Assembly (NCBI RefSeq): GCF_006345805.1
Contig: NC_043002.1
Coordinates: 78,678,001-78,742,000 of the forward strand
Length of the DNA stretch: 64,000 nucleotides
Origin: Octopus sinensis
Lineage: Eukaryota
Direction of reading: 5' to 3'
Below are positions 24,154 through 36,913 of the stretch, one piece after another; within the stretch, counting starts at the first letter, position 1, and each line of letters starts with the position of its first letter. A program made the translations under genes and the position numbers. The notes below the pieces were generated by a model that had not been told where the DNA came from, searched no databases, and saw nothing but the letters and a program-made list of their open reading frames with translations.

Positions 24154-27100
24154 GTATATAAAGATAAACTGTGAAAATATATATGTATGTATGTGTATAT
24201 ACTTATAGACACATACACATATATGTGTATATGCTTGTATGCATGTGTTTGTGTGTGTGTGTGTAGGGAACATGTGGAAGGGGTAGACCCAGGAAAGTGT
24301 GGAATGAAGTGCTAAGAAAGGATCTACAGAAGTTGGGACTCACAGAGGGGATGACAAGAGACTGAGATTCCTGGTGGTTTCCTATGCTTGAGAAGACATG
24401 TCAAGCTAAGTAAAAACATGATTGTTCTTGCATAAATACATGTCCTCTGGATCCGTCTCTTGCTGTGCACTGCTAATCTTGCAGGAACGTGAGTGTTAGT
24501 GCTATGTAAAAAGCATCCATACTGGTGCTGTGTAAAAACACCCAGTACACTCTGTAAAGTGGTTGGTGTTAGGAAGGGCATCTAGCTATAGAAACCATGC
24601 CTAAACAGAGACATAGCCTGGGCAGCTCTGCAGCTGGCCAGCTCTTGTCAAACTGTCCAACCCATGCCAACATGGAAAACGGACATTAAATGATGATGAT
24701 GATGAGGAGGAGGAGGAGGATGTGTGTGTATGTGTGTGTGTGTAATTGGCTTTTTCTGTGAACTAAATTACACTTACAAGTTATTGGTCAAACTGAGGGT
24801 ATAGCAGAAGACACTTGCCCATGATGCTGTGTGCTTCAGTTGTTAAATAAACTGCTTAACTACAAATCCATGTTTCTACCAAAGAATTTTCTTGCATAAT
24901 CAAAATGGATTCTTCTATTTATATGTAATGGTGGCATTATTTCAAGGAAATTCCAGAGGAAAGTATTTCATGGGGAGGAAAGATTATACTGGGTTTAGTT
25001 CATAGTCTTAGCAGGTGATGGTAAAAATGGTCTAGATGGGAGAATTATATATGCACCATATGATATAGACTATTGGTTATTCTGTGACAGATGCTATTGA
25101 AGTGAAAATCATATGGTGAGCTAATCAGGGTTATCCTAGTAGCATGGTCACTCAGAAATTCCAGGTTGGTGTCTGGTGTGCTGGAAGACTACTGGGAGTG
25201 AGGCATCCCTTAGCTTTTGTTAAAGCATGTCTCTAGAACATGCTTCAAACCCAGGCTACATTTGCTCCAGTAATCAGTAGTGACTTGGTTGGCATATCCT
25301 CTGTGATGGTTGACTATCAAGGGCAAGATGAGCTGCTATGGATTACATTAACTCAAAGTGTGTATGCGTATGACTGGGGGCTACATGTGTACTTGTATTC
25401 CCACTGAAATGCCAAATACGACTTGTTGCTCAGAGTTGGCTCAACTCACCCCAGGTGAATGCAGCTGCATATACAAGTACAAATAAGTATCCTAGTAGCA
25501 TCATAGCTCCATAGTTAAATCAATGAACTGGGCCTTATGATATCTATTTATTGATGGCAAGCCACAGCTTGCATAGCTTAAAACTGGGCATTTAAACATG
25601 TGAGGGCCTTGGGCAACTGCTCAGTGTGCCCATGCCTTCTGACAACCCTGAAGCTAGTGGTTTAAGAGTTTTGGTTAATGGCTTTACTGTAGATTGGATT
25701 TAAATGTAAAACCAAAACAAAATCAAGCTACTCTTATAACATAAGCCAGTATCTCAATTCAGGAGCAGAAGAGAGTAATTTCTTAATGAATTAATACAAC
25801 TGAATTTGAAGCTAAGCCTCAAGTTCATAGAAGACTTGTTACTAAGAAAAGAAAATAGAAAATTGTTGAGAATTGTCAAATAGAGTTGAAGAAGGCCTGG
25901 TGCTTTATCTGAAATACTTGGGGTTGAAAGTGTGCCAGATTTCAGTATGTCTGTATATTCGCATGTATAAAATGGTTCAGTTTGGAGATGAGACCCAAAT
26001 CTATGCTTGCTATTCATTTACATTTTACATGCAGTTTATACATATAATGTGAAGGTAGTTTTGTATATATATTTGGTATTAGTCCCAATCAGGTTTGCTA
26101 AGCTTATTTTGTGACATAAAAGGCTTCAAATTTTATATATCGGTATATGATAGCTATTAAAAATCTTAAACAGAGAAAAATGTATTTAGCTCAGCTGATA
26201 TTTTAGGGAACCTTCTGAGTATATGCTGATATTTTCCATTTGTGGCCCTTCTCTTGAAAATCTTTCAGATTTTGAGGTTAATATGTGTTGTATTGAATGT
26301 TTTCTTGAATCAGCCAATATCTCTAGTCTAAGTAGACAACAGGTGGTCAACAATGTATTTCAAGGGGCAGATAATTTGATAGTGTTTGTCTTATCAGCTA
26401 CAGTTGGCAGTTGGTTTATCTGTGAGGAGCTCTTCTGCCTTTTGACAAGTTTTAGTTTTAATCCTGTTGGGTATTCACATACGCTCCTTACTGGGTAGGG
26501 GTAGGGTGTTTCAGTTGCCAACTAACAAAGTATGTTATACTGGGTTACATGGTACCAGTGGAATCTGTCTCATAAATGTTAGCATCTGTTGATGAATATA
26601 TTAGCTCTTCAATTTTTGTTTATAACAATTCTAACAGGACATTTTTATATCTACAATTCTCGTTACTACTGTTAACTAACATGAACTGTCTTCTTCCTAT
26701 TGCAGGACACAGTACTTGCATTACAAGCCTTGGCACAATATGCCAAATTCACTTACAGAGATGGACTTAATATGTATATTGCAGTAAAAGGAGATGAATT
26801 TGAGGAGGAGTTCTTGGTAGATGATATCAATAGCTTGGTATTAAAGACAGAAGAGATCAAAATCTTACCTAATGAAATAAAATTGAAGGCCAAAGGAGCT
26901 GGATGTGCCTTAGTTCAGGTAGAATATGAAATTCAATTTATGCATATTTTATATGATGGTGTTTTTGTCTTTTACTAGGCATTGGTCAGTTGAGGGTTAA
27001 AGTAAAAGACATGTAGTGATGCTATTTTGGAAGTTTTCAGCGCGCATGCGCAGAGTTGGATTACTTCCGGTAGGCCACCAGAAGTTCCCTCATGCGCATG

Positions 27101-29004
27101 CGCAGAGAATTGCCAACAGAAAGTTTTCCTGCTAGATCAGTCTTTTTGAAGCTGCAGCCCTATTGAGTGGACACGACTCAACTTTCTCTCAAGGGAAAAG
27201 CCAACACATAGAGAAGCCCCCTTCTACACGGGTACGGAGACAGCATTTTGGCTCATACAGGTTAACTATTGTGAATAGTTTTATGGACTTGGCTACCGGT
27301 TTGCCCTGATGAAAATATATGTGTATATATTTTATTTGCAAATCCAGACAAAATAAAGTATTATTTATTGCTGTTGAAGATAGACGAAGTTTTGGTTTTC
27401 CTTTGGACACAATTGAATGTAACAGGATAAGACCGACACCCTTCAAGTGTTCCTGAGACCTTCATCCTGTTACAGACACTTGCCGAAGGTACTCTATAGG
27501 TGAACTGAATCTGAAGCCATATGGTTGCAAAGCAGGCTTCTTAACCATAGCTGTGTCTGTGTTCAATAGGAGTCATGTATATAAATCAGCTAGATTTTCA
27601 TATCTAAATAAGACATACAAGGTGCAGCTAGTTTGTGTTTCTCTTATCACTGTTTTGGTAAGCCTGGCAAAATTGATGCTCCAGTGTAATGGGAAACTGC
27701 TACTGAATTGTCTCCCTTATTTTCTGAACTTGAAATAACATAATGCCGTTTTAATATGCTAATATGCTTGACTTTCTAAAATGGCTGGAAGTGTGTTCAC
27801 ATTATACAAAAGCTGTAGTCAGTCAGTCTATGGCAAAACAGTGCTATTCTTTTATCACACCATTTTCATCATCACCATCATGATGAGAGCAGTGAATTGG
27901 CAGAATTGTTAGAGGTTGACTCCGCCTTTCATTTTTCTGGTGTTAGGGGTCAATAAAAGTACCAATAAAGTACCAATCAACTACTGGAGTCATTTTAACC
28001 TTTTCTACTCTTCCTCCACCATATCTTTGGCCTGATACTTATGTAAGAAACGAGATTATTATTATTCCATTCTTTATATCTTACTTAATGTGGATAATAT
28101 GTAGAAACCCAGGAAAGTGTAGCATTCATCTCAAGAAAGCATCTCATATACATGAATAGTGCTAAGAAAGCATGTATGTACCTTTTAGCACTATACATCA
28201 TCTATATGAGATGCTTTTCTTGAGACTATTACTACCTGCAGTTTTCTATCTTTCTGTAGCATATCCACATTAAGTAAAATACACTGAATGCTATTTTGAA
28301 CTAAGACTGCTTTCGTCATTAATAACAAATCCTCCTCCTTCTCCTCCTCCTCATCATCAGCATTACTACTGATGAGGACAATTGGCAGGGTTTCTAGAGT
28401 ATCAGACAAAACGCTTTGTGAAATTTATAGCATTTACATTCTGAGTTCAAATCTCATCAAGATCAACTTTCCCTTTTATCCTTCTGAGGCAGGTGGGGTT
28501 TGATGAAATAAAGTACCAGTCAAGTACTGGTATTGATTCAATAAACTGTTTCACCTATCATCTCCAATTTCCAGTCTTGTGCCTAATTTAAAAATAATTA
28601 CCATCATTATCATCGTCATTATCATCATTACAGTGTTTCATTTTCATTACCATTATTATCATATAATGCATTTTGTTTATCAATTCCTTTAATTTTTAGA
28701 TGAATGTCAAGTACAATGTGTTTGAAATTATTGCCAATACATCACCATTAAGACTAAAAGTGTTCCCTGTCTACACTGATGGAAAATGTGACCGAGCTAC
28801 ACTACGTATTAGTGTTGGGTGAGTCTGATTATAAAAGATATTTTTCATATTAGAATGTGTTTATTGTTATAATTATTATTATTATCAGGGTTAATAAAAT
28901 AAGTACCAGTTGAACACAGGGGTTGATGTAACTGACACAATCTCTCCTGAAATTACTAGCCTTGCATCATCATCATCATCATCGTCATCATCATCATCAT
29001 CATC

Positions 29005-29036
<32 letters not shown>

Positions 29037-30865
29037 CATCATTATTATTATTATGAATAAGAGGTGGGCAAGCTGGCAGAATTGTTAGCATGCCAGACAA
29101 AATGCTTAGTGGCGTTTTGTCTGTCTTTGTGTTCTGAGTTCAAATTCTGTTGAGTTCACCTTTGTCTTTCATCCATTTGGAGAGGATAAAATAAGTACCT
29201 GTTCATCACTAGGGTTGATGTAACTGACTTCCTCCCTCCCCTGAAACTTCTGGCCTTGTGCCAAAATTTGAAATCATTATCATTATCATTATTAAGAAGG
29301 CAATGGGATGGCAGAATCTTAAGCATACTGCACAAAATGCGTAGCAGTATTTTGTCCATCTGTATGCTCTGCATTCAAATTTCACTGAGGTCAGCTTTAC
29401 CTTTCATCCTTTCAGAGTCAGTAAAATAAGTAACGTTTGTGCACTGGAGTCAATGTAATTGACTAGTTCCCTAGCCCAAAATATCAGCCCTTGTGCCTTT
29501 AGTAGATAGGATTATTACTATTTCTAAGAAGGGAATGTGCTGGCAGAATTGTTAGCATGCTGGACAAAATACTTAATGGCATTTTGTCAGTCTTTATGTT
29601 CTGAGTACAAAAATACACTGAGGTTGACTTTGCCTTTTACCCCCTTGGGGTTAAGAAAATAAATACCAGTTGAGCTCTGGGATTGATGTAATCAACATAC
29701 TCCCTCCCGTGTCAAAATTTGAAACCATTATTATTATTGTTATAGACATTGCACAGTATACAATATTGTGAAGTTGTTGATTGAAGATATTGTGTCTACT
29801 GGGGGTTTGTTAAGTCAACAAGGACCTCAGACCGACAGTACTTTATGCAATATGCATGCAGTTCCAAAGGTGGCGAGCTGGCAGAAACGTTAGCATGCCT
29901 GGCAAAATGCTTAGCGATATTTTGTCTGCCTTTACATTCTGAGTTCAAATTCTACCAAGGTCGTCTTTGCTTTTCATCCTTTCAGGGTTGATAAATTAAG
30001 TACCAGTTACACACTGGGGGTTGATGTAATCGACTTAATCCCTTTGTTTGTCCTTGTTTGTCCCCTCTATGTTTAGCCCCTTGTGGGCAATAAAGAAATA
30101 AGAAACGTTAGCACACTGGGTGAAATGCTTAGCGTCATTTCATCTGTCTTTACGTTCTGAGTTCAAATTCTGCCGAGGTTGACTTTGCCTTTCATCCTTT
30201 CAAGTTTGATAAATTAAGTACCAGTTGCATACAGGGGTTGCTCTAATCAACTGGCCTCCTCCTCCAAAATTTCGGACCTTGTGCCTAGAGAAGAAAAAAA
30301 TATGTGTGCAGTTCCAAGTTATGCCGACTTTTGTAACACATCTAGATTGTAGGGTACTTCCAAGGTTTTCCGATGTTTTTTTTTCAGATTGGGTGGTATT
30401 GAACCCAATGCTCCAATAACAATAGGGGTAACCTTTATGTTCAACTCTCGTGGCTGTCACATCTTAGGGATCTCAATTCTCAGTTCGTATTTATCAACTT
30501 TTTCTCTTTCTTTCATGATGATATGTTGATCTTCTGGCACTGCTACATTGATTATTAGGCACTCTTGTTTGTCCCTCCTAAAGATTACAAATCTGGCCTT
30601 TGGTGCTCTATTATTATCATCATCATCATCATCATCATCATTAATAAGGCAGTGAGTTGGCAGAATCGTTAGCACACTGGGTGAAATGCTTAGTGGCATT
30701 TTGTCTGCTGCTATGTTCTGAGTTCAAATTCCACCAAGGTTAACTTTGCCTTTCACTCTTTCAGGATCGATAAATTAAGTACCAGTTGCGAACTGGGGTT
30801 GATCTTATCGACTGACTCTCTCTCCCCCAAATTTCAGGCCTTGTGCCTATAGTAGAAAGGATTAC

Positions 30866-30914
<49 letters not shown>

Positions 30915-31755
30915 GAGAGAGCAGCACATGCTGTCAAAGTGACTATCATTATCATTATTATTATTGATGTTAAGGCAGTGAGTTGGTGGAATCTATAACA
31001 CACCAGGCAACATACTTAGCATCATTTCATCTGTCTATACATTCTGAGTTCAAATTCTGCCGAGGTTGACTTTGCCTTTCATCCTTTCAAGTTTGATAAA
31101 TTAAGTACCAGTTGCATACAGGGGTTGCTCTAATCAACTGGCCTCCTCCTCCAAAATTTCGGACCTTGTGCCTAGAGAAGAAAAAAATATGTGTGCAGTT
31201 CCAAGTTATGCCGACTTTTGTAACACATCTAGATTGTAGGGTACTTCCAAGGTTTTCCGATGTTTTTTTTTCAGATTGGGTGGTATTGAACCCAATGCTC
31301 CAATAACAATAGGGGTAACCTTTATGTTCAACTCTCGTGGCTGTCACATCTTAGGGATCTCAAATTCTCAGTTCGTATTTATCAACTTTTTCTCTTTCTT
31401 TCATGATGATATGTTGATCTTCTGGCACTGCTACATTGATTATTAGGCACTCTTGTTTGTCCCTCCTAAAGATTACTACATCTGGCCTTTGGTGCTCTAT
31501 TATTATCATCATCATCATTATCATCATCATTAATAAGGCAGTGAGCTGGCAGAATCGTTAGCACGTTGGGTGAAATGCTTAGTGGCATTTTGTCTGCTGC
31601 TATGTTCTGAGTTCAAATCCCACCAAGGTTAACTTTGCCTTTCACTCTTTCAGGATCGATAAATTAAGTACCAGTTGCTAACTGGGGTTGATCTTATCGA
31701 CTGACTCTCTCCTCCAAATTTCAGGCCTTGTGCCTATAGTAGAAAGGATTACTAC

Positions 31756-31786
<31 letters not shown>

Positions 31787-32380
31787 TTTATTGAGAGAGC
31801 AGCACATGCTGTCAAAGTGACTATCATTATCATTATTATTATTGATGTTAAGGCAGTGAGTTGGTGGAATCTATAACACACCAGGCAACATACTTAGCAT
31901 CATTTCATCTGTCTATACATTCTGAGTTCAAATTCTGCCAAGTTCAATTTTAAGGCAGCAAACTGGTAGAATTGTTAGCACACTGGGTGAAATGCTTAGC
32001 GGTATTACGTCTGTCTTCAAGTTCTGAGTTCAAATACTGCTTGGGTCGACTTTGTCTTTCATCCTTTTGGGGTTGATAAATTAAGTACCAGTTATGCAGT
32101 GGGGTCAAGTAATTGATTTAATCCCTTTCCCCAAATTTGAGGCCTTGTACTTCCAGTAGAAAGGATTATTATTATTGATGTTGTTGACTATTTATTTTTT
32201 GGAAGCCAAGTATAAATATTTGGATTATCTACTTCAGCTTAAATTGACATAATCTAACAGCTAGTAAATTACTAACATACTTTGTGTAGCATGCATAATT
32301 TATTATTGCTCAGAGAGGAAAGAAGGGCAATGCCTATGGGCCTTTTCTGAGCCTCTAACTGTTGAGAGGGAGAGGAGGAA

Positions 32381-32429
<49 letters not shown>

Positions 32430-33993
32430 GAGAGAGAGTGGCAGACAGACAGATAGACAGAGGGAGAGAGAGGTAGGGTGGTAGAAAGATATCACCCAGT
32501 TTTGTTCTTTCCAACAGACACAACAAATATTGGTTGTGTGTTGTTTCAAATAACTATTAGCTGATGAGAGTCATGTTTTTGCCAATGCAATGTTACTGCT
32601 ATTTTATTTTGCCTTTAGAAATGGGATTGCATCTATCTTCATAATTCATTCACCATTGATCCTGGATAAGATGGTATGCTCAATTGTGAACCATATTATG
32701 CTTATCATGAATTCATCTATGATAACACAGCTTGACAATCAGTCAAAGATTTTGCTTGGACTGTAAAAGCACACCCTAATGGATATTTACAATGTTCAGG
32801 ACAATTTACTGTCTCAGAATGAAACCTATTTTTTTTTCTATGTGTTCTGTTATTCATTTATCATTGAATCATTTGATATGGTGTATATTTTTGGAAGCAA
32901 ACACCTGTGATAAACAAGGATAGATGTGCATCCACTTCTACAGTTAAATCTTTTAGATAGTTATATCACAGACATTTTGTTGTGAAGCAACTTTCTCTTG
33001 TTATTTACAAACCTATTGCCTGCTGAGGTTAATTTTGCCTTTCATCCTGCTTTAGTCAATAAAATAAAGTACTGGTTAAATAAATAAAGTGTTTGTTTTT
33101 CTATTCTGTTGTGTCTGGGGAGTCATTTTCTTTTTGTGCCTTATAATTTAACACACTTACCGGTAAAATTTCCACTTATTTCTTATTTTTCAATTCATTT
33201 ATTTCTTGTTTTTCAATCAGCATGGGTGATTTATTTATTTCTTGCTTTTCAATTTTTTTTTTCAGTGATTTGTCTAACAGCACCAATATGGCGGTTTCTG
33301 AGATCAAACTCCCAACAGGCTGGGTGGTATATCGACCATCTTTGAAAGAAGTAAGTTATATCTGAATAGTAAATCATTAAATTTTGGAATTAAATCTTTC
33401 CATTCATGTCTTAATTAAGAAAAACCTATTGAAGTTATCGAATAACTGAGATAAATCATTAATAAATCATAAATCACTACTCCCCAAAAAAACATACGTA
33501 AAAGCAATTCAAACCTACAAATTAGCAACAATTTCTCCATCTATAATTGATATTTTTGCCATGTGTGGCCCTGCTAACATTTTTCTATTATTCATAGGTT
33601 TTTTACCACACCCAATCTTATAACAATTACTGATTTCTCAAAGTATTCTAATTTGTAGACTGCCTAATGATATTTGTTTTCAAAAATGGAAATAAAAATA
33701 AATCTTATCTCATTGATGAAGTTGTAATAACTTTCTACATTGTGTCAGTGCTATGTAAAAAGCACCTGTGCTGGTGTCATATATAGGACACCCATGCTGA
33801 TTTCACATATAAAGCACTGGTGCTAGTTTCATATAAAAGCACCCAGTACATGCTGTAAAGTGGCTGGTGTTAGGAAGGGCATCAAGCCATAGAAACAATG
33901 CCAAAACAGGCAATTGGAGCCAAGTGCAATTCTCCAGCAGGTCTGCTTCTGTCAAACCATCCAACCCATGCCAGTTTGGAAAATGAACATTAA

Positions 33994-34031
<38 letters not shown>

Positions 34032-34549
34032 GATGATTGTCTTTTGGTCAAATGTAATATATATATAACACTAGATAAAATCCAGATTTGGAGGTTGTTT
34101 GTACTGACAAAATTAAGTGAAACAGATTTAAATAAGTTCACATGCTGTGGGGAGAAGTCAGTTCCTTGGAAGAGCATCCAACCATAAAAACATTGGCTCA
34201 AAGATTCTTGTCCAATTCATGTCAGCATGGAAAAAAACTGATTAAGAATGAAGGTGGGGATGACAATACATACATGTGTGTATGTATATGTATACATATA
34301 GGTATCATCATCATCATCCTTTAATGCCTGTTTTCAATAATGGCATAGTTTGGATAGTTTGACCCGAGCTGGCAAGCTGGAGAGCTGCACCAGGTTCCAG
34401 TCTGACTTGGCATGGTTTCTGTGACGGGACGTCCTTCCTAATGCCAACCATTTTACAGAGTGTGCTGGATGCTTTTAATGTGGCAATGGCACAAACAGTC
34501 TTACATGGCCTTATGCACACACACAGATATATGCATGTGTGAGTGTGTG

Positions 34550-34580
<31 letters not shown>

Positions 34581-36016
34581 ATGTGTGTGAACCTTGGTGG
34601 TGGCTTCACAGTGGAAAGTATAGTCTTTCTTTTATATATATACATATATATATATCATCATCATCATTTTACAACTGTTGTCCATGCTGGCATGAGTTGG
34701 ATGGTTTGACTAGGCTACCACGCTGATGGCTGCATCAGGCTCCAGTCTGATTTGGCATGGTTTTCTATGGCTGGATGCCCTTCCTAATGAATGCTTTTAC
34801 ATGCCACCAGCACAAGTACCATTTGCCTGACACTGGTATCTGCCATGACTGTGATTTTGCTCAGCTTGGTCATTGCCTCCATGAAGACCAACACTCAAAA
34901 GGAACTCAGCTACTTTGCTTCCGTGATACCCAATGCTCAAAAAGAACTCAGCCACCTCACTCCTGTGAGGCCAGCTTGAAGGGAACTCAGCCACCTCACC
35001 TCCATGAGGTTCAACACTCGAAAGGAAGTCAGCCACATTCCCTCTATGAAGCCCAATTTTCAGAGGTTGATTTTTTACATGACATCAGCATGGGTGCACT
35101 TGGCTTGATGGGTCCTCTTAAGCAGAGCACATTGCTAAAGGTCTCGGTCACTAGTCATTGCCTCTGTGAGGTTCAAAGTTTGAAGATCATGCTTCACCAC
35201 CTCATCCCATGTCTTCTGGGTCTACCTCTGCCACAGGTTCCCTCCACAATTAGAGATCAGCACTTCTTTACCTCATCCATACACATCACATGACCATATT
35301 AGTGCAGTTGTCTCTCTTGCACACCAAATCTGATGCCTCTTATGCCTTACTTTTCTCTCAAGATGTTTACACTCTGTCGAACATGCACACTGACATTGCA
35401 CATCCAGCGAAGCATACTGGACTCTCCTCCTCCCATTCATTCTCCACGTTCAGCAGTCTTTCATAATGGCATTTCCAGGCCTCTTTCTATGCAAACTCAT
35501 TAAAAGCAAGTGCACCATCAGCCATGCAGACACATTTCTCTCCAATGACATCACAATTTTTTCTCACACACTGTCTTGCAATCTGAAATTCATCTTTTAT
35601 TTCCATAAACTACAAAACACATTATATGTGTCAAACATTAAAAGGAGGTAAATATGCTATACCTTCTAAGTTTATTTTGTTTATATCTAAAAGTACAGTT
35701 TTGATTAAATGGCAGGATTTCAAATGCATTTTTTGAAATTCTTTGCTATTTGTTATTATTGTGATCTTGTGCCAAAATCTGAAACCATAATCATCATCAT
35801 CATCATCATCATCATTATTATTATCATCATTATCATTATTATTATTATTATCATCATCATCATCATCATCATCATTATTATTATTATTATTATTATCATT
35901 ACTTTTTTTTTTCTTCTTTCAAATTTGCTTCCATTTCTTGCCGAGTGTCTTCCCAACTCCTAGGACACTCGGCAAGAAATGGAAGCAAATTTGAAAGAAG
36001 AAAAAAAAAAGTAATG

Positions 36017-36048
<32 letters not shown>

Positions 36049-36854
36049 TATTATTATTATTATTATTATTATTATCATTATTATTATTATTATCATTATT
36101 ATTATTATTATTATTGTTATTATTATTTTTAAGGTGGCAGCTGGCAGAATTGTTAGTGCACTGGGCGAAATACTTAGTGATATTTCATCTGCCACAATGT
36201 TCTGGGTTCGAATTCTGCTGAGGTCAACTTTGTCTTTCCTCCTTTTGGGGTCAATAAAATAAGTACCAGTTAAACACTGGGATCAATGTATTCAACTCAT
36301 CCCCTCCCCCAAAATTGCTGCCCTTGTGATGAAATTTAAACCATTACCATCATCATCATCATCATCATCATCATTATTAATATTATTATTATTATTATTA
36401 AAGCGGTGAGCTGGCAGAATCATTAGCACACTGGATGGAGTGCTTAGCAGTGTTTCATCCATCACTACGTTTTGAGTTCAAATTCCCTCGAGGTTGACTT
36501 TGCCTTTCATCCTTTCAGGTCAATAAATTAAGTACCAGCTGAGTATTGGGGTCAATGTAATCGACTTAACCCCTTCCCCACAAATTTCAGGCCTTGTGCC
36601 TGTAGTAGAAAAGATTATTATTATCATTATTATCATTATCAAGGCAGTGAGCTGGCAGAATCGTTAGCATGCCAGGAAAACTACTTGGCAGCATTTTATC
36701 CATCTTTATATTCTGAGTTCAAATTCCACTGAGGTCGACTTTGCCTTTCATCCTTTCACGGCTGATAAATTAAGTACCAGTTACACACTGGGGTTGATGT
36801 AATTATCTAGTACCTTCCCCAGAAATTTCAGGTCTTGTGCTTATAGTAGAAAGG

Positions 36855-36913
<59 letters not shown>

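Larger units (their letters stand above)
27890..32170 (+). mobile_element. Cluster of about 13 head-to-tail tRNA-derived SINE family 2 copies (AAGGCGGTGAGCTGGCAGAA head, GAGTTCAAATT B box, (ATT)n tail)
   Basis: Recurrent GCTGGCAGAAT.GTTAGCA...TTCTGAGTTCAAATTC...AAGTACCAGTT...GGCCTTGTGCC...GGATTATT, each flanked by (ATT/ATC)n. Confidence 0.85.

Noticed and set aside
32619-32675. Candidate extra exon (TAG...GTATGC)
   Set aside because: The translation has no TEP similarity, and the chain 28818 to 33266 is already complete.
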